From the NCBI GenBank assembly GCA_965285935.1, contig OZ260661.1, positions 24,366,001 to 24,430,000 on the forward strand: a stretch of DNA of 64,000 bases, read 5' to 3'. Both the position numbers and the translations under genes were made by a program. Origin of the DNA: Ophelia neglecta. Its lineage: Eukaryota. How positions within the stretch are numbered: position 1 is the stretch's first letter; each line of letters starts with the position of its first letter. The notes beneath the pieces were generated by a model, which worked only from the letters and a program-made list of their open reading frames with translations, searched no databases and was not told where the DNA came from. Positions 13,447 to 26,352 of this stretch are shown in pieces.

Positions 13447-13598
13447 TGAGACAGCTCGTGCCTCATATTTATATTATATACGAAGCATATAAGTAGATTC
13501 TTACCTGGAGAAACGGACTTAATGAGTATCGGACTGGCAATCTTTATTGTCGGCTGAGGTCTCCGATGCTCTACAGGACCGTGGTCTCTTATATTCCT
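13447..13598 (-). repeat. Extra partial LTR (U5 end) followed by a second PBS-like site
   Basis: Near copy of 13814-13965, followed on the minus strand by TAAA-TGGTGCGAGATGC. Confidence 0.9.
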
Positions 13599-13602
13599 AA
13601 TA

Positions 13603-13787
13603 TAGATCTAATGCCGGGAGGGATTCAGAACTCTTGTGCGGAAAATGCCTTGGGAACGCGGGGACAGGGGTGCAGGAATCATCAGTGGCGTCGCTTCGTT
13701 CAGAACGGACCATTCCCCGTAACTTAGACCTAGTTATAAAATATGTGCCTATAGCTACACCGTTAAAAAATCATAATGTCCAAACAT
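13603..13787. repeat. Inverted copy of 4084-4266 (3' end of ORF X)
   Basis: Track ORF 13634-13816(+) MCGKCLGNAGTGVQESS matches ORF 4039-4236(-) MCGNCLGNAGTGVQESS. Confidence 0.92.
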
Positions 13788-13790
13788 TGA

Positions 13791-13809
13791 ATACCCCGCA
13801 TCTCCACCA
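13791..13809 (-). other. Primer binding site, tRNA-Ala-like
   Basis: TGGTGGAGATGCGGGGTAT, 4 nt after the LTR end, complementary to an invertebrate tRNA-Ala 3' end ...CCCCGCATCTCCACCA (from recall). Confidence 0.8.
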
Positions 13810-13813
13810 TTTA

Positions 13814-14303
13814 TGAGACAGCTCGTGTCTCATATTTATATTATATACGAAGCATATAAGTAGATTCTTACCTGGAGAAAAGGACTTAACGAGTATCGGA
13901 CTGGCAATCTTTATTGTCGGATGAGGTCTCCGATGCTCTACAGGACCGTGGTCTCTTATATACCTAGGGGAGCGACTGGGTGTTCGGGAGTACGATGTAT
14001 TATTGGGAGTACCTTATATAGGTAGGGAAGCGACTGTGGGCTGGGGAGTACGATGTACTTTTTGGTTTGGGGCAATCTCGATCTGATTGCTTGGTAATAA
14101 TAGTACGAGAAAAGCCTGGTTATCTGAACACAGCCTAGTCGCTGATGTAATTATACTCCTAAGATATTTTAGATTTGTCGAGAAGCCTTTGGTCTGAGCA
14201 GCGGAGCAGTATTGGTACATACAATATATGCGGGGGGTGTTATGACTTGGAGAATACATGGATGTGCTGTACATCATTTATTTTGAATTTCGTCTTTCTT
14301 ATA
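13814..14303 (-). repeat. 5' LTR of element A
   Basis: Direct repeat of 3307-3793, followed by the PBS. Confidence 0.9.
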
Positions 14304-14871
14304 CAGTTAAGAATTTTCATGGACGCGTTTACTCTGGAACTGTTGAAGGGACAATTTCGTAACTTTGAACATGGAGTTATCGAAACATATTACGCTGAAT
14401 AGATTTTGGGGCAGGTAAAACAAGTTGGCTGCCAAGAGTTATAAATTAATTAAAATTAATTTGAGGTTTAAGTCAAACCCCTAATGGTACGAGATAATCA
14501 TACAAAGTGTATTGACAACTCATAAGACATCATATACAGCAAACCTTTCGGTGGCTACAAATTTGACCTTGACCTCTGCTTGAAGGTGAAATCAGGCTAT
14601 CCAAATTGTCAAAGGCTTTGAATTGCTTAATGGTTCAATACAGGCATACCAAAATTATTACAAACTAATAGGATATCATAGTTGCTATTACAAGTCGGAC
14701 TTCAAGACAGGAATAAGCCCCCCCCCCCCCCCCAACCCTACCAACTTTCCACCCTCGACTAACAAGTCCCTTGTCTACCATAAAATATTATAGACTCCCC
14801 CCACCGCCCCCTATAGTAACACACACTTACTGGTTTCCAAAGCGTCCGTATAATTCCAGTGTTTTACCAAT

Positions 14872-17800
14872 ATGGAACGTTGGCAAGGAAGAGTTGCCTT
14901 GGTGACCGGAGCCAGTGCAGGTATCGGAGCCGCCATCGCCAGGAGACTTGTAGAGTGTGGCATGATAGTCGTGGGATGTGCCAGAAATATCGAGAAAATC
15001 AAGGTATGTCTGTCAACGGGCGGGGGGTGGGGGGGATGGGGGGGGGGGTCGGGGGTATTTATATACACCTCACGCTAGAATTACCTTGTTCGGAACTACA
15101 ACTTGTTTCATCACATCCCGAAATATTTTTTACATCAGAAAGATAAATATTTTCCATTTTCATCCTCCTTAGATGTTTGTGGCATTCACTATTTTTTGGT
15201 TAAATGAGTTTGAAAGACACATCTCACCCATTTTTTTGACATCATGTCTTACTAGTTAACATCTTTTCAAATATCGCATAATATTATTAAACCTTTCTGT
15301 CAAAAGCTGGAAACCCGACACAAATTCCTGATTATGATTTTCCTTAGTAACCCTTCTTCCCCGGACTTACTAAAATTACTCACAATTGCCGCCTTTTATG
15401 TGAAAAAACTACTAAGAAATTTCCCCTGTGGCAAAAAATGTCTTGGTTTATGCTAGTCTTTTTATATACTCTGTGTCCCAGGCCATGTCTGAGGAGTTGA
15501 AGGCCACCAGTAAAGGTTCCCTACATGCACTGCGCTGTGACCTGAGGAAGGAGGAGGATATTCTAACAATGTTCTCAGAGATTAAAGCACAACATGGAGG
15601 AGTTGATGTGTGCGTTAATAACGCCGGCTTGAACTTTGGTGACAGCACTATCCTGTACGGGAAGACTGGGAACTGGAGGGAAATATTCGAAGTATGGCAA
15701 TTTAGTTAATATCGAATGAATTCCTTATAAATCTTGTGTTTTATGTATACAAATGATAAAAGGTTTAAAAAATCCTTCTGAAATACGCAACGAACATTCC
15801 AAATGGTAAGTTTATTCACGTAAATCGTACATCTTACCCGCAAATGACGGAACAAAATATATAATCCCCACCTTACCCCACCTCGAGTCGAACAGAGGGG
15901 GCCTGCTTTGGGCCCGCCTTAAGTAGATCAGAAGGAACCCCCCTTCCCCAGCCTCAATCGGAGGGGATGCCACTTCCCCCCCCCCCCCCCCGCCATAAGT
16001 AGATCAGAAAGAACCCCCCCCCTCCTCCCCCCCCCTTGTCAATCAGAAGGAACGTGCCTTTCCCCCACCTCCTGTTGATCAGAGGGAAGGTTCTGAAATG
16101 TATCCATTTGTGAACTCAGGTCAATGTCATGGCTTTAGCAATTTGTACAAGGGAAGCCATCAAAACGATGAGAGAAAGAAAAGTGGACGACGGGCACATT
16201 GTTCAAATATCCAGGTTGGTGTCCACTTTTCTATTTTCTAGACAGCATTGTCAACGCATTCCAAACCAAAGGCAAACGATGACAAAGATACTAAATTATT
16301 GTACACATTTGGCTTGCGGGAAATTTGATAATAGATGATGATTCGTAGCTCAAAGGTACAGTGAAACCTATTTTTGTGGTCACCTGTTTAATTAGGTCAC
16401 CTGCCCACTTTGGTCACTAAATAATACCCCAATCCCCAGTTATGCCTGTATTAACTGACCTGCCTAAATAATGTGGTCAGTTTTTCTTAGTCCCTTAACT
16501 GACCTGATAAGACAGGTATCACTGTAAATAAGACACTGCTGCTATATTCCTTCTCGGCTTTAAGTTGGTATATTTGCAAATAACTGATGTGTCAAGTCGG
16601 TGTCCTGCTAACCTGAGTAGGCTGAAAAGGACACGGTGGTCCAGTATGCATGTAAAATCTATTTGTTTTCAGTTGTGTCAGTTACTACCATTTACCCTGG
16701 GCGGATAGTCATTGGTATAGCTCCAGCAAGTGGATGGTGCGGGCGATAACAGACTGTCTGAGGATGGAGCTCAGGGCGGAGAAATCACGGATTAAAGTCT
16801 CGGTAATATTTGGAGTTCTAGACAAAACACGTTTAGACAAGCTCATTTACTATTTTAAGATACTGGCCGGCTCCAATATTGTGAAAAAACAAAATTGGAA
16901 TATGTGTAAACGACGAAAACGAAAGTGGTAACGAAAGCAGCATCAGTAGAAAAATAATGTAAATTTTAATTGTATGACCGATCGGTAACCCAAACACTTC
17001 TGATATGTACTGGGAATAAATGGGTCAGGGAAGGGCTATCATTGAACTCATGTCGTCCCATGCTGCTTAGAGGCCATGCTGTTTTCAACACAGCCTCAAC
17101 CGTTTACGTAAAGACCAACAATACTGTTTTACAAACGGTAGCACTAAATCCTACAGGGGCAAAAATATTTACCGGCAAGAAGCTACAGACTAATTGTGCA
17201 TACATAAAGTGACTTTAACTGCAAGTGGCTGTGATTTTGTTCTTATTCACCATGTCGTTCCATCACACGTTTCGAGTATACAAGTGTGAAGTGGTTTTCA
17301 GTAAACAAATTGTAAGAAAATATTCCCAAAACTGTTAATCCGAAGACTACCATACTTTTCCGGTTCAAACGCAAGTGTAAGATGGCCACGAAAACCAACG
17401 TCACTTCAATCTGAGATATCAATATATTTTGCAGGCTATATCCCCTGGACTGGTGAAGACGGCATTTGTTACACGGGCTTGGGGAGAGGAGGCGTCTGAG
17501 GCATTATACAAATCCCAGGAGGTATAAAACTAACTTAAATATTGCGAACTGATACGATGGCGCATGTCGGCCAAACTGATATGGACCCTTGAACACACAT
17601 TTCCAGATTAGTGTCCTATTTTATTTTCATTTATTTATATTTACATTCATATTGCGCTAAAATCCATATATGTTCTAAATCATTACAAAAGCATAAAAAA
17701 AAGTAAACAATAGAGTTAAAAGATATAGCATATTTAAAAAAAAAAGTTACAAACGATACGCTGCCCTAAAAAGATGCGTTTTAACCTTACGCATATAATC

Positions 17801-20800
17801 AACCACTGTGTTGCACATTCTAATAATTAGAGGAAGCTGATTCCACAACCTTGGCGCATAAAAAGTAAACATTCTATCTCCATAACTGACAAATCTAGTG
17901 CGTGGCACTGTTAGGATAAGGGGCAGCCCGGCAAGGAGGATATTGCAATAATCAAGCCTCGACAGCACCAAGGAAACCACAGCGCGCTTTGATGCGTACT
18001 TTGTTAGATACTTTCTGATACGGAATGTCCCTGAGATGATTGGCTGGTTTGACACCTGAAATTCAATGCCAGCAACATTCAATCGTGGCATATGCATCCG
18101 GGCTCTAGACCTCTCAGTCCCAATGACGACTACCTCAGTTTTGTCCGAATTTAGCTTTAATTTGTTTTCGGTCATCCAATTGTAAATATATGAGAGACAT
18201 GACTCCAGTCAATGTACATCATCAGCAATAAATCCACGAGGTGATATCCTTAAGTAGATCTGAGTATCGTCCGCATACCCGTGCAGGTCGAGGCCATCCT
18301 TCCTGATAAGAACCCGAAGAGGCAGAATATAGATCAAAAACAGGAGCGGGCCGAGTAGTGAACCTTGTGGGACGCCGTATAATAATTTCTCTGATTCGGA
18401 GAAGCTCCCGCCAACCTTGATTTTCTGGGGACGGCCATTAAGGTAGGAGGCAAACCACTTTAAAGCCACACCTGTAATGCCCAGAACTGAGCGCATTCGT
18501 TCCAGCAACACAGCATGGTCTATCAGGGCGAAAGCGGCACTAAGGTCCAACAAAATCAATATCACAGCCTCCTGCTGGTCGACGTCATTAAGGACGTCAG
18601 TCCTAATTTTGAGAAGAGCTGATTCCGTAGAGTGGCAGGGCTTATAGGCGGATTGATACAGTTCATGAAGGTTGTGCATGTTCATATAACTTTTTAGCTG
18701 TGATGCGACAACCTCTTCTAACACTTTCGATAGGAACGAGAGGTTGCTAACCGGTCTATAGTTTTTCAAGGACTCGGCATGAAGGGTGGGCTTTTCTTAA
18801 CAAAGGACTGACTATAGCACACTTCATGCTGTCTGTGACTTTACCAGCATAAAGGGATTCATTGACAATGGTCAATATAGTTGGCAGCATTTCGTCCAGA
18901 GATCCCTTTAATAACCAGGTAGGCAGCGGGTCCAAGTCACAGCTTTTCGTAGGGGCACTCAGGATAATTTTGCGAAGGTCATCCAAGGATAGAACGGCAA
19001 ATTAGGAGAGTTCACTTGGGGCAGGTGGCATTTCAATGGGTTGTTGGTTCGCCACACCAGGCAGATTTGCACGAATTTTCTCAGTTTTGTCCTTGAAGAA
19101 GGTAGAAAATCTATTTGCCAGATTACACTCGCAAGCCGACTCTGGCAGTTGTGGACAAACCCACGGAGAAGCAATTCATCAATCACATTCTGAACTGCTC
19201 TAGAATCATTCCCGACCTCTGTAATCTTACTGTTATAGAAATCAGCTTTAGCATCTGAAAGCAATTTATTGTAGTCATCCTTAAGGGAATTGTAAACACT
19301 CAAGTTTTCATGTGTGTTTGAGGCACGTAACTTCCTCTCAGCTTTTCGACGGGCTGCCTTCGCCCGAAGGAGCTCATCAGTATACCATGCACGTTGCGGG
19401 CGAATGGTCACCATTTTGGTCCTTGCAGGAGCGTGCCTGTCGACCAGGCTCCTAAGTGTGTCATTGTAAGTGTCCGTAGCCATGTCAATATCATTGCTCA
19501 TCTCAGACAATCGCTGAAAGTTTCTAATGTCCTCTTTGAAATCTGGTAGGACTATCCGGCCATACTTTCTAATAACTAGACACTTCCGTATAGGCGATGG
19601 TCTGGGATACTTGACTCTACCAATTATTAAATTACGATCTGATACTCTGTCAAGGGTGTCAACGGACACATTCGGCCTCTCATCAGCTCCTACAACAAAA
19701 ACGTCCAGCGTATGACCAGAGCGATGTGTTGGTCCTGAGACCAATTGCTTGGCAATGTATTTAATACCTTTTTTCACACTATTTAATACCTCGTGGAACC
19801 TTACTGTATCACGGCAAGTTACATTATGAGGTTAAAAATTGAGATCCAAAACAAAAAATTTGTACCCATCCCCAATCATATAATCCTGGATGAACTCCGG
19901 GAACTCCTCGAAAAAACTGGCAACCATGAGTCCGTTCTTGGCTGCTGGAGGTGTTCAGTAAATCACTGCTATGTCAAGGCAATGGGATGCATTGGCTAGG
20001 CGCAGTATGTCATTTTCCAAATTGACCAGGGTGTGAGTAATTTTATTTATGACCTTGAGTGATGATTTATACACAAAGCCAATGCCGCCATAGCCAGAGG
20101 AGCCTTTTCTAGGCACTCCCCAAAAGTCCCGGGAGCTTAAGGCCGGAAACGAAGAAGCCATCCTTCTCCTCCGACGACAGCAAGGTTTCTGTAATGCCCA
20201 ACACGTCGATGTCGTGCTCAATAATAATGTCATGAATTATGTCTACTTTATTTCCAACAGACTGGGCATTCAATGTTCCTATTTTAAGATCCCCTGGGCG
20301 AGAAAACTATAGTTTGGTTAGCAGTTCTACATGGGCTAGATTAGACAGATTGACACCCAGGCAGTGCTTGTGCACCCTATTATTGTGATGGGTAGAGGTT
20401 ATAAACTCAATGTTTTTGCAGTTACCTCCATTCAGGCCACGCATGGTTGGCTTCACAACATTTGATATTATTGTCTAGGGCAGACGACCATGTGGTCCTG
20501 TCAACCCGTCCGCGGCCAACGAGGCGCCTAACATCCAACAAATCCTGCCGAGAATAACTGAGAGATTTGGACTGGCACGTGACAAGGAAGCCACAACACA
20601 AAAGTCCACACAACACATGCATGGGTCTCTCAGTCACAGCTCAGACGTTTGACCCAAATCAATATGGCCATCGACATAAGAAAATTACAATAAAACACTG
20701 CAAAACAGCTAAAGACGAAAATCCCATCCATATGTATCCTGTGTGATCAGTGAAGGCATTCCGTGCCAACAAGACACACATAAAACCAAAGCACTAATCC

Positions 20801-21628
20801 AAATATATCCAGCTGAAAACAAAGAAAATATCCTCCCTAATCTGCATGCAGTGCAGCACAGCGCGACTGCTTTCTTACATGCTTTCCTATTTACATGCTT
20901 TCCTCTGCTTTCCTATTTATTTATTAACTTATGGGGAAATAATGTGCATGCATAGGTACCCTGGTTTCCTTAGTTAATGTAAATGAAAAGACTGCACCAG
21001 GCAAGACGCATTTAGCTTCATCATGTTTGCGTACTGCTACATGGTCAAAGATCATGATCCTGGACTTACAAATTACTTCCAGGTGCGTGTAAAAGACCTC
21101 GCCCTTGATATAAACTCAAAGTTTGTATATAAAAGTTTCATAGCAAGTTTCGTTACGGCTGGGGAGCCGATTTTGTTGGCCTGCATCTGCCGGCTCCTTA
21201 TGATTACGAACGGATGTACTGGGCTATTCTAGATTCATGTTTGTGCTTGCTGTGTCAGTTATCCATTCTCGTTTTTGCCCCCAGTCTCTCAGTGCGGACA
21301 ACGTGGCAGACGCCGTAGTGACTGTACTGGGGACGACTGAAGAGGTCGAGGTATGTCGCTTATTTCTTATTAATGCGACTTCGGTTGTAATGGCAACTCA
21401 TGACACCCTCTTGTAGAACTTCTCCTCCCATGCTCGTTTGGGAAGGAATGCTTAACCCCGTAAAAAAATAAATGATTAACAGCACATATTACACATTGCA
21501 CTAGATATCGAATCATGTCACTCTCAATGCAGTTCTCCGTGGGCAAGCGATAACTTCTTGTGGTTGGTATTTGACTATTTCAGACAGAGGAGTTAGTAGT
21601 CATGCCAACATCTGGATGGAATGCATGA
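14872..21628 (+). CDS. DHRS11-like: DHRS11-like NADP(H)-type SDR copy 2, intact, 254 aa
   Basis: Exons 14872-15003, 15482-15691, 16120-16214, 16673-16802, 17435-17521, 21285-21350, 21584-21628. All GT-AG, 765 nt. Motifs [27 protein letters not shown]. Confidence 0.92.
15885..16090. repeat. C-rich degenerate minisatellite in SDR intron 2
   Basis: Repeated ATCAGA(A/G)GGAA units followed by C-runs; paralogous at 41540-41780 and shorter at 49175-49240. Confidence 0.7.
17623..20910 (-). mobile_element. L2/CR1-group LINE (endonuclease + RT), disrupted, in intron 5 of copy 2
   Basis: APE motifs LNAQS, GYGGIG and [10 protein letters not shown]; RT motifs [27 protein letters not shown] and SRLDYCN; A-rich tail; probable TSD TCCTATTT. 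Absent from paralogous introns. Confidence 0.92.
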
Positions 21629-24600
21629 ATCGTCCGGCTGTAGTCCAAGAAAAATGAAAAATATAGGCCCAAAGAGAACATTATGATGCAACCAGAAATG
21701 TAAAGACCACTGCGTGTTTGAGGGAAGGTTACTGTTTAAATGTAATATTTTTGTTTTATCCATTGTCTGTTTCACAGTAAGTGCAAATGAAGTTTAACAA
21801 AAACAATATATCATTAACACTGACCTGTTGTTAAACAGGGAAATTAGAAAACAACTCAAACAGCCTTAATCTGGTAATATTTTAGATAAAAAGCTAGAAT
21901 GAAATGTCTATGTATTTGTAATCAACCATCATTTGTCTAACACAGGTATAACTGGAATAATTTAAGGTAAAGGTCATTAACCAACATGATGAGTTTTTTT
22001 GGGTGGAGGGGGGGGGGGGGAGGTAACTGTTAATTTTCATCATTTTTCCTTTTCAATGGAAAATTATGTGTAACAAACTTATTGTGACAATAAATGCATT
22101 TCTGCGTTGTGTGAAAAGTTAAACAATCTATGTTCAGTTAATTATTTTCCATTATTTAATATATTCAGTATTTCTTTAAAATTGCGCATGCATCAATAAA
22201 TTGAGAATATTATACAGTGTTATACTGTGTTCAATTAATATATCTACTTATGTGTGAATATAAATAACTAGGTAAATATATATATATATTTATATACTTG
22301 TATGTAACAACTTTTGAACAACAGTATAAAATTTCGGGTTAATGTTGACCAGTTACCAAAATAGTTGCACGGATAAACAGGTACAACAAATAACGACTAT
22401 CTCGCATAGTGTCTTATTAAATCAGGCGTAAGATTTGGCCAAATCTGGCCTAAATATGATTAGAAATCCAATGCAAATGCCCTTACTAGGGCTAATATTT
22501 TTTAGGCTCGGAACTTAACTAGGGCTAAATTGTCTCAAGTCCATACCAAAATATTATAAATGACGCCCCCCCCCTCTCCAAACCCTCCAGTTTCGACACC
22601 TTATCGTCCCCCATCCCCTTGGTGGGGAGTTAATTTAGGTTCGCCCCTGCTCCAACCATGACCCTCAATTTCAAAATGAGTTAGCCCTGCTTGATGTTAT
22701 TTCTGTATGTTTTCAGGTTTTCGCCCCAGTTTGGAGGATATGCGTGCTATAACATATCACTTATACGATTACAATTCGATATCGGGGGGGGGGGGGGGGG
22801 GGGGGAGGGGGGGCGGTGCGACAAAATCTATGTTTGTTTCTGGTTTTGCATGAAACATTGTTTGTTTCCGACACTGGAAAAATGAAATTGTTTGTTTGGG
22901 ATTGTCTTTTTAAATAATTGGTTGCATCAGCACTGAAAACAATTGTTGTTTGTGAATCATCCGACAGTAGTTCAAAAGGAATGAAAGAAAAAGCCAAAAA
23001 GAACATTTTGATATTGCCAGAAATTTATGAATTGATATTGTTGATATAATAAATGCAATAGAATTCTGGAATTTAGCAGCATTAAACTCCAAATATTTTT
23101 TGGTCTCTACACAATGTACACAATACGGCGCATTTTATGTACATCTTAAAGTCTAAATGTTATATTTTTCTTTATATTCATTGACTGTTCAACATTAAGT
23201 GCAAATTAAATTTTAATATAATTAATTAACATGAGTACAAAATGGCTGTCAAACAGGGAAATTGCAAATATTTGTGTGTGTGTGTGTGTATAAAAAAAAA
23301 CTCTCCAATTGGCCTATCTTTAAAAATAAGGCTATTTTGGTGCCCTGCTACAACACTATATCTGACTAGACACAGTACCGAAAAAAAGTTGATAAAAACA
23401 TTGAACCATCCTTTATATAGCTGTCTCTTAGCAAAGCCTTTCACCAAAGCTTACATGAAATAATTACCCAGTGTATATTTCTATTGGAGATCCATGGACA
23501 TTGAAGTTTTTAATATCATCATAGTGAACTGGATAGGCTTTTACCAACTGACGGAAGCGGACCTGCGAAATTCCCCAAAGTACAGTGTTTAAACGCTGCC
23601 TATCTAGGGTTACTAAAACACTCAACGATTTACACCCGAAAAAGCTAGTCATTGATGGAACAAAACGTCACTACTACTAATTCCAGTCATGTTTACGCGG
23701 ACAATTAATCAGTTGGAAGGTAAAACCCAAATGCAATCTACACTAAACCGTCAACCGAGGACTTGGTTTTAGTTTTATTGCTTTTTGAAAGTAGAAAAAC
23801 AATTTACAATTTAGAGGTAAGCTTACCTGTTGGCACACTAGATCTTCTCAATCTTTTGTCTTCAATGCTAATAAAAAATAATAATGTATTAGTACATGAA
23901 CATGTTTATCTATGTCAAATTACTAAACGACATATTAGTTGCAGCACTTATGATAAATCTTGATTTTTTTGGTGAAATAACTGGCATCACCGTATTGCAC
24001 ATAGCAAAGACATTAATCGGGACTAGACAAATGAATCGGTCCGAAGTCACAGGGCCCACCAGGGAAGACAAGTGTGCGCGTGTATCTTATTAAGTTTCCG
24101 AGCATGCCGCAATGTTTATGTAGTGCAATTTGTTAGTGTTATTTGATTGTGGTATTTGGCCCGTTTGGTATTCCATAGGTGATAATTTCTATGCTAACAC
24201 GTATGCATTGAAATGTAGGTTATATGACATAAGTTTATTATATGGTTTATCAGCACACATGTATCGTATCAGAAAGAGAAGCTTTTTAGAAGAATTAACG
24301 ACGTATAAAATCTACCAAAGTCGGTAAGAAATCCTCTTACTTTTATGTTTTGTTTTTTTACCAATTTATCTAGAAAAACATGTACTAAAGTGGTAAAAAT
24401 AGGTTCATAAGTGTCTTTTGAAGTAACTTAAGGTTGAATGTAACCTTAGTATGCGGCAAACATTCATATACAGTAGTAATTTATGGCTACTCAGCTACTA
24501 ATTCAAAAAATGAAAAGAGATACTTTGCTAAAATCTGAATTTAATGATTGCTTCATTATCGGCCTCTGACCATCTTATCGATTGGAACCACTAGTCACTC

Positions 24601-26352
24601 GGGATAATTGGATGGTGTAACTGCAGTTACCCAATCCAAAGTATCAAAGACCATAGTTGCTAAAATGGACTGTTCCACAATGTATGTACACAAGGTGTAT
24701 ACACATAATGTACATAAATGTTCTAAAAGGAAAACATCTGATATTTTAACAAGGCAACTTATTTTAAGTGACTTAATCACTTGAAAAACACGTATAAAAT
24801 AAATACGTCTCTCTTCATTATCAATATATAGAAGGCTTCCATCAATCAGATCAATCATTTAATTGTTTATTTTTTTTACAAGACCACTTTACCCGTACCC
24901 GGACCAACTCTCCTTCCCCTGCATGATAAGTAGAATGTCAACACTTTATGTATAATAAGTACATAAAGCACTTACCAACATTTATGCCAAGTCTCAAATA
25001 CCCATATAAGTGTATCAGATATTAAGTTACTATTTGTACTTCCAACTTACATAACGAACTCACCTGTACTTGTTCCTAGTTACCCGAACGTGCAAACTAA
25101 ATCTGATATCTATTAGCATAATAATTATAATAACCATGTGGCCCACAATTATAAGCATGTTTAACTAAATTAAAGGTTACCTATATTGTTCCCAAACCGC
25201 CTTCACCTACCTTTTACACCAAATGTCAAATACTATATGTATTCTGAATATATCATGCGACCAAGTCTCCTACTTAAACATATTAGTAAAATGTCGAGTA
25301 GTATATACATTTCAAGTAAAAGAAAACACACTCAGAATCTGCTTAGAGCTTGAATCAATGGTCTTGCACGATGCTAGGACAGCAAATGTTTTTTTTGTTC
25401 GTTTTATCAGAGCGCGAAAATTGAGGATGAAATGTATATGTATTTACTGAAGGAGAATCTAAGTTAAAATAAAATGTACTGGAAGTGCTATGATTTTTTA
25501 TCATGCAATTATCATTATCATGCAATGATTATTTGGCAGTTAATTTGACTGCATTTGTTTGCCATTAAGCCCCAAATCTCCCCTTTGGTGCTGCGCATGC
25601 GTATTACGTCAAAAGTGTCACCTTGCTGACCGCTTTCAGTAGACCTAAGTTTTTTAGGCTCCGCCGATTTTGAAAGTAAACTCTAAAAAATTTGTCTTCC
25701 TCCCTCCATCCCCTCCTTTCTCCACTGAGCTGCCCTCTGCATGATCTTTGTTTGTAAATGAGTACTTCATGTAAGTGTGTGATTCATATGTGTGTTTTTT
25801 TTTATTGTTCTTTGATAGAGTAGGACTGCTGCACTATGTATGTACTGTTGACTTGCATGTTAGCCATAAGGCATACCGTACCTTTGCATATAATTTTTAG
25901 TAAACATTATTCTAAAAAATTATGAGTTATTTTTAATCGGCCTGTAGGTCGATTTCTTATTATTGTTATGTCAATTAATAATAATAAGCTATTTCCAACC
26001 TTTCTTTTCTTTTTTTTTCCTTTTTTCTACTCACCCCTGAGCTCCTTCCCTATATTTAGCTGAAGGTAATAATTGACATATAAATACTATGGTGTGAATT
26101 TCAGTCCTTAACAGTTTAACCAGTGCTACAAAATAATGTTATATGTCGTGAGTTTAATTGGCAGATTGTGAATAGATGGACAGGGTCATTTGCTTTAGAT
26201 GTATACAATACATCGGTTATTTCCATTCTACCTGGCTCCATAGTAGGACTTCGTGTGTAGAAGTGAAAAAAGTAGTGTGCTAGTGTGCATTACTATAATT
26301 CAGGGTGACAATTTTGTTATTACTCCCACTATAGTTCTAGTGTTTTGCCAAT

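Larger units (their letters stand above)
3307..14303 (-). mobile_element. Degenerate env-bearing Ty3/Gypsy LTR retroelement (element A)
   Basis: LTRs 13814-14303 and 3307-3793, PBS, PPT (AAGGGGAGGTG on the minus strand, ~3797-3807), order gag-PR-RT-RH-IN-env-ORFX. Many stops and frameshifts; no short TSD. Confidence 0.95.

Noticed and set aside
13791-13809. tRNA gene
   Set aside because: Only the 3' 19 nt including CCA are present; this is a PBS.
22300-26300. Separate gene or large transposon between copies 2 and 3
   Set aside because: Only short AT-rich ORFs and repeat fragments; no convincing termini or splice chain.
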